Assembly (NCBI GenBank): GCA_046482545.1
Contig: JAWOEX010000032.1
Location: forward strand, 160,001-224,000
Direction: 5' to 3'
DNA from: Candidatus Thorarchaeota archaeon
GTDB taxonomy: Archaea; Asgardarchaeota; Thorarchaeia; Thorarchaeales; Thorarchaeaceae
DNA length: 64,000 nucleotides
Part shown: piece by piece, positions 1 through 10,364 of the stretch
How positions within the stretch are numbered: position 1 is the first letter of the stretch
How the letters are laid out: every line of letters starts with the position of its first letter
Notes under the pieces: generated by a model
What the model saw: only the letters and a program-made list of their open reading frames with translations
Databases searched by the model: none
Told to the model about the DNA's origin: nothing
Translations under genes and position numbers: made by a program

Positions 1-53
1 AACGTTTAAGTCGCACAATGCTTCAAGCTAGGATATTAGGTGAGGAGGCCTAG

Positions 54-2663
54 ATGAGAAGGAACTTTGCCAAGGCTGGACTTTCGCTAGTAGGACCCAT
101 TGCCCTGATTATCCTGTTGACAATGCCCATAGGACCACTTGCTGGTGGTTTGGGCATAATCCAACCATGGGGCGGGATATTCGATAGCGGAAGAGTTGCT
201 AACCCTGCAAAAGAGATGACATTGTCTCTTCCTATTCTAGATCAACCTGTGGATGTCCTAATTGATACGTGGGGCGTCCCTCATATCTATGCAGAGAACG
301 TTAAGGATGCATTTCGTGTTCTTGGATATTTGCATGCCAAAGAACGACTCTTTCAGATGACCCTGCAGAATCACATGGCTGCCGGAAGACTCAGCGAGTT
401 AGTTGGATCGGTTGCCCTTTCAACTGACAAGTACTACAGGACAATTGGACTTGCAAGGGCCGCTAACAGAACCTATCAGTGGTTCCTTGATCAGAAGCAG
501 TTTGATTCTGAGGTAGCATATGCTCTAGATTTGGTCAATGCTGAAGTGGCAGGAGTCAATGCTTTCATAGAATCCATGACACAAGCAACCACACCAATTG
601 AATTCAAGATGCTAGGGATATCTCCCCACAAATGGACTCCACATGATATCTTTCTTTGGAGTAAGATGATGACGTGGGGCTTATCAGGGGGATTCGCCGA
701 TCTTGAGCGCCAGTTCATCTGGGCGACGACAGAAAATGATACATTATTGCAGGATATGTTTCCGATGGTCTTGCCATATACTGTTCCAATTATTCCCGAG
801 CAGCATAACTTGAGCTTGGCTAAATTTCCGAATGCACCGGGTGGCTTTCCTGCAACAACCAATCCTCCGAAACAAGTTCAATCAAAACGCTATGATGAAG
901 ACAGTCTAAGTATCAAGAAACTCACAACGATTCTTGATGCTATTTCAAATGTTGCAGAAGCTCTGGGGCCACAAGAGCTGGTGGGCAGCAATAACTGGGT
1001 TGTTCATGGCAATAGAACGGCTACTGGAAGCCCTCTTCTTGCGAATGATCCGCATTTAGGCCTTCAAGCCCCCTCGCTCTGGTATGAAGCTCATCTTGTG
1101 GTGCCAGGGGCTTTGAATGTTGCTGGCGTTACTCTTCCGGGTCTACCAGGAGTTCTTCTTGGGCACACCGACAGGATAGCTTGGGGGTTCACCAATGTTG
1201 GTGTTGATGTATTGGACATATTCGTTGAGAAACTTAACCCTGATAATCACACTCAGTACTATTACGGTGATGGTTGGAAGAGTTTTGAGCTACTGAATGA
1301 ACCTATAGAAACCAGCGATCAAGGTGTAGTCGATTTTGAGGTTAGAAAATCTGTTCATGGTCCATGTATCGATTCTGCTATTCGTGGATATGAGAACTAC
1401 TCTGCTGACGGCATTAACATGGCTATGAACTGGACTGGGAATGGAGTAACACATGAGATTCTCTCCCTTTCGCTTCTCAATCAAGCCAAGAATATTAGTG
1501 ACTACTATGAAGCAATCTATTGGTGGGACAGCCCTCCCCAAAATATCGTCTATGCTGATGATGAAGGGAATATTGCGATGACGGTGGCTGGGCGCTTTCC
1601 GTTGCGCTCAGGCTATACAGGCGAATTTCCCGTGGAGGCTCTGAATGATTCTGTTGGTATGGTCAGCAATATCCCCTATGCCTGCAATCCTCGGGCCGTT
1701 AATCCATCGCAGGGGTACATCCAGTCATGCAATCAAAGATCTATTGCTCCGACTGAGTATGGTTTTACGTTGCAAGGTTTGTTTGCTGACGGTTATCGGG
1801 GAAGAAGAATTGATGCCCTACTCAATAATGATGATACAGTTACCGTGGAGGAGATGATGCAATTCCAGGCAGATTCTCTTGATGTTACAGCACAAGAGCT
1901 TGTTCCTATCGTTGTTAACGACTGGGATTCTGCTGAAGAATCGAACTCCACTATAGATGCAGCAGTGAGCTGGCTTCGTGACTGGGATTTCGTCATGAAA
2001 ACTGACTCAAAGGCGCCGACGCTGTGGCGATACCTGTTGAACGCCCTTTCCTACGAAGTTTTTGATGAGCTTAGGACTATAGACTCTCGGTTGCGCCTTT
2101 CCCGTAATCCAGTGCTTGAGTATATTCTCAAGGAAAACTGGGCGTATTATTTGGATGATCATGCGACTGGAGATGTCGAAACGCGAGAAACCATGATTGT
2201 CCAATCTCTTCATCGTGCTCTTAATGATATGAAGGAGGACTTGGGTAGCAATCAAAGCAACTGGGAATATGGGCATCAACACATCATTCTCATAGAGCAT
2301 CTGGCAGGATTGACATATATTGGCGGAGGCCCCCACAGAGGATCTGGTTATACACTCAATGCAGCTGGGGGCGGGAGACGTACCGGGTGGGATGCAAGGT
2401 GGGTTGTTCAAGGCGGCCCATCATGGCGCATGGTTGCGGACCTGAGTGACATTTCTCAATCATATGATGTGTATCCCGGGGGTCAAAGCGGAAATATCTT
2501 CAGCCCTCATTGGCGTGACATGTTCGACCTCTGGTATAACTATGATTCAGAAACAGGACACTATGGCTACCATCAGATGTTGTTCTATTCGACAGCTCAA
2601 GATTTCAGGGAAGATGACACTGATGATACACTGATAGAAAGCGAGATCTCTTTTCTAACCTAA
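54..2663 (+). CDS. Penicillin acylase family protein (Ntn hydrolase, S45)
   Basis: DTWGVPHIYA, GSNNWVV nucleophile motif, LLANDPHL, PGGQSG; N-terminal hydrophobic anchor. Confidence 0.95.
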   Translation: MRRNFAKAGLSLVGPIALIILLTMPIGPLAGGLGIIQPWGGIFDSGRVANPAKEMTLSLPILDQPVDVLIDTWGVPHIYAENVKDAFRVLGYLHAKERLFQMTLQNHMAAGRLSELVGSVALSTDKYYRTIGLARAANRTYQWFLDQKQFDSEVAYALDLVNAEVAGVNAFIESMTQATTPIEFKMLGISPHKWTPHDIFLWSKMMTWGLSGGFADLERQFIWATTENDTLLQDMFPMVLPYTVPIIPEQHNLSLAKFPNAPGGFPATTNPPKQVQSKRYDEDSLSIKKLTTILDAISNVAEALGPQELVGSNNWVVHGNRTATGSPLLANDPHLGLQAPSLWYEAHLVVPGALNVAGVTLPGLPGVLLGHTDRIAWGFTNVGVDVLDIFVEKLNPDNHTQYYYGDGWKSFELLNEPIETSDQGVVDFEVRKSVHGPCIDSAIRGYENYSADGINMAMNWTGNGVTHEILSLSLLNQAKNISDYYEAIYWWDSPPQNIVYADDEGNIAMTVAGRFPLRSGYTGEFPVEALNDSVGMVSNIPYACNPRAVNPSQGYIQSCNQRSIAPTEYGFTLQGLFADGYRGRRIDALLNNDDTVTVEEMMQFQADSLDVTAQELVPIVVNDWDSAEESNSTIDAAVSWLRDWDFVMKTDSKAPTLWRYLLNALSYEVFDELRTIDSRLRLSRNPVLEYILKENWAYYLDDHATGDVETRETMIVQSLHRALNDMKEDLGSNQSNWEYGHQHIILIEHLAGLTYIGGGPHRGSGYTLNAAGGGRRTGWDARWVVQGGPSWRMVADLSDISQSYDVYPGGQSGNIFSPHWRDMFDLWYNYDSETGHYGYHQMLFYSTAQDFREDDTDDTLIESEISFLT

Positions 2664-2675
2664 GGAGGCTATGCA

Positions 2676-3092
2676 TTGCGAAAAATCGATGAATCTATTC
2701 CGGAATTGCCGTTTGTTGTAGTTGTTGTTTGCGTACTGATACTTGGAGTACTACTCCAGCTGACTGGGTTATGGATTATGATGCTGCTAGCAGGGGGTAT
2801 TGGATCTCTGTTTTGCCGCAGTCTTAAACGTGCTTTTGCCGCAGGATTTCTTGGTGTTGGAATGGCCTGGACTATACTCTTCGCATATCTCATTCTAGCA
2901 GCTCAAGCCTTGGCTATCGCTGATTTCTTCATTACTTTGCTAGGCCTGAGCGGCTTGGGCTGGCTAGTCATAGTCATCAGCATCATAATTGGTGCGCTAT
3001 TGGGAGGATTTGGAGCTGCACTAGTGAGAGCTCTTGTCGAACTTGTGGATGAAGTAATCGATGGGAGAATGAACACTGAGCACTCGGTTTAG
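2676..3092 (+). CDS. Small multi-pass membrane protein
   Basis: Several hydrophobic Gly-rich segments; AAGGAGG RBS upstream. Confidence 0.75.
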   Translation: MRKIDESIPELPFVVVVVCVLILGVLLQLTGLWIMMLLAGGIGSLFCRSLKRAFAAGFLGVGMAWTILFAYLILAAQALAIADFFITLLGLSGLGWLVIVISIIIGALLGGFGAALVRALVELVDEVIDGRMNTEHSV

Positions 3093-3157
3093 CATCAGAA
3101 CAAATGATAAACACATAATCAAACGACATATCCATCAGTAACGGTCAGTGAAGACAT

Positions 3158-3880
3158 ATGCCTCATGAGGAGAGTTGGTATTCAGTAGAATGGTTGGATT
3201 CTGCCAGGAACATTGTCGAATGGACCAAAGAAACCTCCGCAGGAGTTCAAGCAGTTCTTTTGCTCCGTCACTCGCATAGAGAACGACTCAACAACCACAA
3301 GGAAATGATGGGCGCTGGTCTCACTGAACTAGGAAGAAACACCTCCTATGAGATGGGTCGTAGGCTTCAAGTAACCGGCAATGTTCGAATATTGACGAGT
3401 TTCATTTCCCGGTGTTATGAAACAGCTAAACATTTGGCTGAGGGTCTCTCAGAACAAGAGTACACAGTTGACGACATTGATCCACTCCCGGCTTTGGTTG
3501 GCCCAGAAAACGCAATGGATGTGGTTTCACGGGAGCTACATCCCGATGGTGAAAATGTTACTGAATTCGTCAATAATTGGGCAAACGGCGAATATGACAG
3601 GGAAATGGAAAGTTTCGGGAGCTACCTGAAAAGACTTGACGAGGGCATTTTCAAAAACCTGGACTCAATAAAGACTACGGTTACTTCCCTCAATATTACT
3701 CATGACTTAACTCTGATGACCGCAAAGAGAGCTATACTCGGTGAACCACTTAGCCGGTCTAACCGAGAGCCCTACCTTGGTGGCATAGCTATTCGGACTA
3801 GCGATTCGGCGCTAGAAATTCTGTTTGGGAATACAGCGCGAATCTTGAAAAAACAGCGGGACGAACTACTCATTCCTTGA
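3158..3880 (+). CDS. Histidine phosphatase superfamily protein
   Basis: LLLRHS motif, LTELG, SRCYETA, distal ITHD. Confidence 0.8.
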   Translation: MPHEESWYSVEWLDSARNIVEWTKETSAGVQAVLLLRHSHRERLNNHKEMMGAGLTELGRNTSYEMGRRLQVTGNVRILTSFISRCYETAKHLAEGLSEQEYTVDDIDPLPALVGPENAMDVVSRELHPDGENVTEFVNNWANGEYDREMESFGSYLKRLDEGIFKNLDSIKTTVTSLNITHDLTLMTAKRAILGEPLSRSNREPYLGGIAIRTSDSALEILFGNTARILKKQRDELLIP

Positions 3881-3989
3881 TTCTGCACTTCATATGAGAT
3901 GATCCTACACTTTTACAGCTGAGAGGAAGTAAGGAAGCATCCCCGTCCTGAGACGCTTCCATCCTCTTAGCCAACGAGTGTGTTGGCCT

Positions 3990-6608
3990 CTAACTTTGCT
4001 TTTGTCTCCAGTATAGGAGAATCACGATGACAACGATGGCCACGGTTGCAGCTATAATGGCAGCTACCAGCGTGAAATCAGGTGGTGGCGGTGTGGTGGT
4101 AGTTGTCGTTTCAGTTGTAGTGGTTGTAGTAGTGCTAGTTGTGGTTGCTTCATTTTCGACTGAAACGCTTACTTCTATCTCCGCGTAATTACCGGCTTCA
4201 TCATATGCTCGGACAGTGAGGTTGTAATCACCGTCTGATACCGTGGTTGTGTTCCAGTTGTAGAGGAACGGTTCGCTCGTGAAGTTTGTCAAGCTAGTGT
4301 CATCTACATAGATTTCAACTCGGTCGATTCCGCTTCCACTATCGTTCGCTGTGATGTTGATTTGAACTGAATCACTAACGATATCGCCTTCGTTTGGAGA
4401 CACTATTTCTATCTCTGGTGCGATTGTATCCGTAACTGCATAGCTGAAGTAGTCTGAACCATTGAGCAGTGTTGTCGACTTCCCTGATGTATCATTGGCG
4501 GACACATAGAATTCGACAGCAGCGTTGTAGGCTTGTCCTGGAATCGAACCAGTGTACTTAGTATCGCCAAGGTCAGTCATGATGATTGTATTCCAATCCC
4601 CTGAATCAACCCTATAGTGTAGTTTCACCGTATCAGTACCAAGATCATAGACCGATACATTGACCTGTACGGGATTATTGACTTCTGGAGCTGTTGGTGC
4701 GTAGCTGAGTTCAGAAATCTCTGGGGCCGCGTCATTGTACAAGTAGACATCGTCAAACAGAATCTCAACGGTGCCTCCCGTTTCTGAGTAACCTTCAAGA
4801 TTTACTCGGTCAATTGCGGTTTCGGGTGCTGAGCCGAACAACAACTCATAATCTTCAGCGATGTTCCGTTGCATAGTAAACCATTGACCTATGGTATTCC
4901 CATTGGGCAAAATGATGTAGTCATCTACACCCTCCCCTCCAGTTGGATCGCTGCCATTGGCGAAAACATATGCGTATTCTTTATTGTCGGCAAACTCAAT
5001 GATGAGTTGCACCAATTCGTCTACTTGTGAAGTGAATGTTTCAAGTTTCCAGCTCACTTCAAGATAGGTATCTGTTTCATTGTTGAGAGGACGGTAAGCA
5101 CCTTCTTGATCGCCATAGTAGGAGTCTCCATTTTGAATCGTCAGATTAGCGGCTTTGTCCCCATTCAATGCATCATCTGTGACTGTGAAATACGGTTCTG
5201 TACTAGGAAGATTCCAGGCTCGAATCTCTTCACCAACATTAGGCTGATCCTCATAGCCCATGTCGTTTAGTGCTGCGGATTCCAAAACCATATCGTCACA
5301 CAAAACAGAAAGGCGTGAATACTTGTGGCTTGTATACATTCTAAATTCTATTTCTTCAACAACAACCTCACTTGTTTGATTATGAGAGGTGACATCATCC
5401 CAGATGCTTCTGTTGAAGAACGTCCACGTATCAGTAGTATTGAAACCTGTGGGCTCAATTCGAATCAGGTCCGAATATCCATCTACTGGGGATTCTAAAC
5501 CCTGGGCAAGCATGTAATACATGCTGAATTCATCTGTTCCATTTTGAGTATCCACCCGGATAAATGCATAGGTGTAGTTGGATGAACCTTGATAATCGTG
5601 GATTCGCCACCAGAATCGAAATTGATCCTGATTCATATCCGTTAGACGTACATTTGGACGAAATGAGAATCTCGCCTCACTCCCGTTACCGCTCGATGCT
5701 ACTGTAGCGTTGAGAGCATAATCGCCTTCCTTGTGCATATCGGTACGAGCGATATCACCAGCTTCTGATTTGGTCAGCCACCAAGAGCCAATACTTTCGA
5801 AATTGCCATTTTTAGTGCTTCCGGAAACGATTTTGTTTGTACCGTTTACTAAATTAACGTCATCAATGAATACTCGGGTATATGATGAGGTTTCACTATA
5901 TATCTTGAAATCCATATTATTCTGTGAATTGGGGTACACTCCAAATGCAGCAAAGAAGTCCTCTGTGATGTTCCTATCAAAACTCAACCATTCATTCTGA
6001 GTCTGGTTCATTATGGAGTACCATCTACTCGTTGTGTTGCTTATTGTAGAATCGATACCGCTAAGATAGTAATTTAGAGTTGGACCGTGAAATCCATTGA
6101 ACCGCATTTGAAGATAAAAATAATCATAGTCTAGATTGTGATTTTGGTAGATATAATAATCAAAATCGAGTGTCAGATTAACAGGGTTCTCCTGTCCACT
6201 TGGGGTTTGTTGATGGAGATCAGCTTGACTTGGATGCTCGGAATCGATAGCCCTTGCCTGCACGCCCATAGATTGTAAACCCTCATTTACGGGCCAAGGA
6301 GTGTCAGCATACCACATATACCTTTCAGTGCTCCTGTAAGTTTGTATACTTCTTGGAACATGTGGGGTTGTCCAATTCTCGAATCCGTGGTTGGGATTGT
6401 GGTCTGCCGTCCATTCCACTCGACTTAGATTCGTTCCGGATGGAAGATCAGAACTGGTCTTCAATTGAGACTCTATTTCTGCTTGGGGCAATGAATCGTG
6501 AGTTGTCACGCCCAAGAATCCTGAAATCAGCATAATTGCGAATAATGTGAGTGTAAATGCATGGTGACGCATTTTTTGTCTCCTCTTCACGCCCCAATGT
6601 GGTTTCAT
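3990..6608 (-). CDS. Secreted, C-terminally anchored glycoprotein with repeated beta-sandwich and Ig-like domains
   Basis: Signal peptide, repeated N-x-G-F-E-like modules, Ig-like VRAYDEAGN module, poly-Thr/Pro linker, C-terminal TM and basic tail. Confidence 0.8.
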   Translation of the reverse strand: MKPHWGVKRRQKMRHHAFTLTLFAIMLISGFLGVTTHDSLPQAEIESQLKTSSDLPSGTNLSRVEWTADHNPNHGFENWTTPHVPRSIQTYRSTERYMWYADTPWPVNEGLQSMGVQARAIDSEHPSQADLHQQTPSGQENPVNLTLDFDYYIYQNHNLDYDYFYLQMRFNGFHGPTLNYYLSGIDSTISNTTSRWYSIMNQTQNEWLSFDRNITEDFFAAFGVYPNSQNNMDFKIYSETSSYTRVFIDDVNLVNGTNKIVSGSTKNGNFESIGSWWLTKSEAGDIARTDMHKEGDYALNATVASSGNGSEARFSFRPNVRLTDMNQDQFRFWWRIHDYQGSSNYTYAFIRVDTQNGTDEFSMYYMLAQGLESPVDGYSDLIRIEPTGFNTTDTWTFFNRSIWDDVTSHNQTSEVVVEEIEFRMYTSHKYSRLSVLCDDMVLESAALNDMGYEDQPNVGEEIRAWNLPSTEPYFTVTDDALNGDKAANLTIQNGDSYYGDQEGAYRPLNNETDTYLEVSWKLETFTSQVDELVQLIIEFADNKEYAYVFANGSDPTGGEGVDDYIILPNGNTIGQWFTMQRNIAEDYELLFGSAPETAIDRVNLEGYSETGGTVEILFDDVYLYNDAAPEISELSYAPTAPEVNNPVQVNVSVYDLGTDTVKLHYRVDSGDWNTIIMTDLGDTKYTGSIPGQAYNAAVEFYVSANDTSGKSTTLLNGSDYFSYAVTDTIAPEIEIVSPNEGDIVSDSVQINITANDSGSGIDRVEIYVDDTSLTNFTSEPFLYNWNTTTVSDGDYNLTVRAYDEAGNYAEIEVSVSVENEATTTSTTTTTTTETTTTTTPPPPDFTLVAAIIAATVAIVVIVILLYWRQKQS

Positions 6609-6706
6609 CTTATATCACTATCCGTTAATACATTCGAATTCTTTTCTTCGAGTTCTTTGGGTGCTACCAAACAACCCGCAAAAACTGTCAGGATTGCTCT
6701 CTTGGT

Positions 6707-7528
6707 CTAGGGCCGAAGTACCTCATACCTTAACCAGACATGACAACCTTTGTCTACATGAGTAGACAGCAACTCTAGTTGAATGGGAAGTTGCTCCTCC
6801 TCCAAATCTGGTGACTGATAAAGAGTTGGCGTATTTGTACCTCCAACCAGCCCCGGCGCAATCTCGATATTCACCTCGTCAATTAATCCAGCTCGAAGGA
6901 GCGCTCCGTTCAGCCTTCCTCCCGCGGTTGAAAGAATGCATTTGACACCAAGTTTCGACTGCAACTTGTTGAAAACTGCTTCTAAATCCACGTGACCATT
7001 ACCGGCAATGAGATACGGTATGTTCTCTCTTCTAAGATACGCCAAATATTCAGGAGGAGTATGAAAGCCAACGAGAATCAGAATATGCCAGCCGGGCATG
7101 TCATCAAATTCCTTCGCCCAGCCTCTCATTCTTCCTCTCCCATCTACAGCTACACACCAACCTGTGCGCTCTTCCGCTTCTGTAACCTCTAAGGGCAAGA
7201 AGTCATCAAAGAGAATGGAGTCATCCATTTCGGTAGGAGGAAGAGGCTTGGGTTCAACATTCTCTGGAAGAAAGGATCCACTCCCCTCCATAATTACTGT
7301 CGGTTCATGGATTGAGAATAGATGACTCTGAACATCGAGTTCTGGTTCGTTCATGAAACTATCGAAGCGGTCATCTCCATCGAACATGGTCTTGTTCGGA
7401 GCTATGGCGACTCTTCCATCTGCTGATGCTACAGTATAGATTACTACTTTCGGTCGGTCCATCGTCAAATACTCCTCTACAGAAGATGGAGTATCGGTGA
7501 GTTGGAGCATTATATTGTTGATGCTCAA
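6707..7528 (-). CDS. RibD C-terminal/DHFR-like reductase family protein
   Basis: ASADGRV, GGRLNGALLRAGLIDEV, APGLVGG; true start probably the later Met (MDRPKV). Confidence 0.85.
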   Translation of the reverse strand: MSINNIMLQLTDTPSSVEEYLTMDRPKVVIYTVASADGRVAIAPNKTMFDGDDRFDSFMNEPELDVQSHLFSIHEPTVIMEGSGSFLPENVEPKPLPPTEMDDSILFDDFLPLEVTEAEERTGWCVAVDGRGRMRGWAKEFDDMPGWHILILVGFHTPPEYLAYLRRENIPYLIAGNGHVDLEAVFNKLQSKLGVKCILSTAGGRLNGALLRAGLIDEVNIEIAPGLVGGTNTPTLYQSPDLEEEQLPIQLELLSTHVDKGCHVWLRYEVLRP

Positions 7529-7546
7529 TGGAACCGAGTCAGACGA

Positions 7547-8899
7547 TCAGACCTCAGATATAGCGTTCAGAGTGAACTCTATGTCTTCTGCCGAGTGAGC
7601 AAAAGATAGTGCGCCAAGCCCGTGATGGCCGAATACACCTTTCTCAATGAGTTTTGATTGAAATTCGGCAAGACTCTTGCGGTCAAGGAGCTTACCCAGT
7701 TGTTCACTTGTTAATGGTCGGTCTATGCTATCGTTCAATGTGTGGATAAACACAATCGACCCAGTACCGGTAGAAATAGCGGATTGCCCTTTCTCGTCAA
7801 GTATTTCTTTTATTTCTTCCCGAAAGCGGTCTCCCCTATTATTGAGTTTAGAATAGTCATCTTTTCGCTTTTGTAGTTGATTCAGAGCCGTAGACCCTGC
7901 AACCATGGAAAGTGGATGACTTGAAAAGGTACCTCCACCAACCCATCGACCCCCTTTGGCATGAGGGGCAGCCAATTGCATAATGTCTTCTCGACCTCCG
8001 TATGCCCCCAAGTGCATACCGCCGCCTGCGATTTTCCCGAATGTGGCAAGGTCAGGTTCAACGCCAAACAAGTTCAAACCAGCAGAACCAAAGGTCAACC
8101 GAAAACCTGTGATAATTTCATCAAAGATGAGAACTATACCTCGCTTCTCAGTTTCTTCACGAAGATAACTCAAGAATCCATTCCGTGGTGGAAGACCTCC
8201 TCCGGCTCCCAACACTGGCTCCACGATGAAAGCTGAAATATCATCGCCATGGCTTTCTAGCAATCTATCGACGCTTTCCTTGTCATTGTAGTTGAATGTG
8301 ACGCCATTGAACCAAGGGTCATCATCATAAGGGTATTTGATGTGGTAGCCAACCGCGTCATTGCCCCCGTGCCATCCACCAAATGCTTTTGCAACCAATG
8401 GCTTACCAGTGAACATTCTTGCAAGTCGTACAGCATACATTGTTGCTTCCCCACCCGTGCTGCAGAACCGCATTTTCTTAAAGAATGGAATGGCCTCCTG
8501 CATTTTCTCGGCCATTTCCACCTGATGTTCGTTCAATGCTCCAAGGTGGTGGCCGTCTTTTGCTCGATCTACGATGGCTTCTAGGATAGCGGGGTGGTTG
8601 TGACCAAGGATGGCGGAATAGTGAGTTAGCCAATAATCGACATATTCGTTTCCATCCACATCCCAGAGATGAGAGCCTTCACCTCTTGCTATGAATGGAG
8701 GATGTGAATTACATACATCAAGGCCAAACGTTCTGATATTATGATTCACTCCGCCAGCAAACACTTTCAATGCTCGGTCCCATAACTCCTTGGACTTGGG
8801 TGTTAATGATTCGTAGTCTTCAAGCATGTTCTTATACTCCGTCTTAGTAGATTTACAGACTATTTCTTCTTGTAACGATACTGTGTATTTCTGGGACAT
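7547..8899 (-). CDS. Class III PLP aminotransferase (glutamate-1-semialdehyde aminomutase-like)
   Basis: WDVDGNEYVD, LIFDEIITGFR, DLATFGKIAGGG, GGTFS. Confidence 0.9.
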   Translation of the reverse strand: MSQKYTVSLQEEIVCKSTKTEYKNMLEDYESLTPKSKELWDRALKVFAGGVNHNIRTFGLDVCNSHPPFIARGEGSHLWDVDGNEYVDYWLTHYSAILGHNHPAILEAIVDRAKDGHHLGALNEHQVEMAEKMQEAIPFFKKMRFCSTGGEATMYAVRLARMFTGKPLVAKAFGGWHGGNDAVGYHIKYPYDDDPWFNGVTFNYNDKESVDRLLESHGDDISAFIVEPVLGAGGGLPPRNGFLSYLREETEKRGIVLIFDEIITGFRLTFGSAGLNLFGVEPDLATFGKIAGGGMHLGAYGGREDIMQLAAPHAKGGRWVGGGTFSSHPLSMVAGSTALNQLQKRKDDYSKLNNRGDRFREEIKEILDEKGQSAISTGTGSIVFIHTLNDSIDRPLTSEQLGKLLDRKSLAEFQSKLIEKGVFGHHGLGALSFAHSAEDIEFTLNAISEV

Positions 8900-9918
8900 C
8901 GAAGGTCTGTCATTGTTATCAGGCCCGGCGGTGCCCCGACTACTAGTGGAATTGCATTCAACATCATGCCAACAGTCCCATAATCGCCCATAACTCCCCC
9001 TTCTATCCGTTGTTTGATTTCTGGACGACCATCAATAACGATATCATCATACTCAGGTGAAGCACCTGCATGAGCAACGAAAACCAGCTTTACAATCTGT
9101 TCACTATCTCGGAGACCTAAAGCTACACTCCTGAGTCCAATCACGCCACCCTTCTTCACTTTGCCAACTGACGTCTCCATGTCCTCATCTGCTAAAACCG
9201 CTTCGGGTGGCATTTCCTTGATTTCATCAAGTGAGATTTTTAGAGCGTTATCTATCATGTATATCGATTCGAGTAATCCCACATGACCTGTGATTTTGCC
9301 TTCCTCAATAGCTTTCTCAAATTCACCTGTTGTCATGCCTGTACCTATCTTCTGTTGGAATGAAGTGCGTCTGGTCTCGGAATCGATGACCCTTGTAATC
9401 TCAAGGGTATTGAATTGGATACATGGTGATGTTAGTACAATGGGTAGAAGATCCATGAGAAAACCGGGATTGATACCTGTACCGAGTACTGTTCTTCCAA
9501 CTTCATCAGCCGAGGAGTCGATTCTCTTAGCTAGTTTCCCGTATCGTTCATACGGAAAAGAGAGTTCCTCACATATTGACACGACATGTAATCCGACATC
9601 CAAACAGGCAAGAATGCTCTTAGCTACCTTCTCCAAATCGGATGATGTTGCTATGAGCACAACATCTGCTGGACGGGATGAAGTTTTTTCAAGAGCTTCT
9701 CTCAGGTCTGAGAAAACGGGTATGTTCTTGCCAACATCACTAGCAATGACCTCTGCTATACTTTTTCCGTGATATTGTGGATTGATATCCACAGCTGCAA
9801 CAAGCTTCAGGTTATCACGTGTAAGCATCTCGGATGCAATAGGTCGGCCGATGTCACCTAAGCCAATCTGTAGAACTCGGAAAGGTCTGGACATAATTGC
9901 ATCAATATTCAGTCGCAA
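8860..9918 (-). CDS. DapB-like NAD(P) dehydrogenase (2,4-diaminopentanoate dehydrogenase-like)
   Basis: GLGDIG Rossmann motif, CEELSFP, LGTGINPGFLMD, GHVG, GGVMGD. Confidence 0.85.
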   Translation of the reverse strand: MRLNIDAIMSRPFRVLQIGLGDIGRPIASEMLTRDNLKLVAAVDINPQYHGKSIAEVIASDVGKNIPVFSDLREALEKTSSRPADVVLIATSSDLEKVAKSILACLDVGLHVVSICEELSFPYERYGKLAKRIDSSADEVGRTVLGTGINPGFLMDLLPIVLTSPCIQFNTLEITRVIDSETRRTSFQQKIGTGMTTGEFEKAIEEGKITGHVGLLESIYMIDNALKISLDEIKEMPPEAVLADEDMETSVGKVKKGGVIGLRSVALGLRDSEQIVKLVFVAHAGASPEYDDIVIDGRPEIKQRIEGGVMGDYGTVGMMLNAIPLVVGAPPGLITMTDLRCPRNTQYRYKKK

Positions 9919-10139
9919 CTATAATCTCTTTGGTTCCTTCTGCTGCTGAACTGGAATGAGTTAATCCTTCTCATCATCACAGGGCGCCCTTCACAGAGTT
10001 CACAGGACAATGGCCATTTACCTGCCAGTTGCAGTTCCCTCCTTTCATATTGAAGCCAACTTGCTCCAACTATTATTGCAATCGAGGCAACTAGAGCTGC
10101 TGCAATCGCAGCAATTCCACCAAGAATCAGATTCGCCAT
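9909..10139 (-). CDS. Small membrane protein, start uncertain
   Basis: Hydrophobic helix plus CxxC; frame open a further ~22 codons upstream. Confidence 0.4.
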   Translation of the reverse strand: MANLILGGIAAIAAALVASIAIIVGASWLQYERRELQLAGKWPLSCELCEGRPVMMRRINSFQFSSRRNQRDYSCD

Positions 10140-10364
10140 AACGACAATACCTAATGAAACCGCAGCTCCGCCAACAAAGGGTAAAAGATTGTGGGATTCA
10201 ACCTTGTTAATGATATATGCTGTTATTGGAGCTTATTGTGCTGCCCCTGCAAGCAACGGTATTTCGAAAACTGAAAGCATATCCCAAACCAATGTAACTC
10301 TTCCAACCAATACGTACAGGAATAAAGACCGAAGGACGCATAAGATTCGAAGCGAATAATTTCT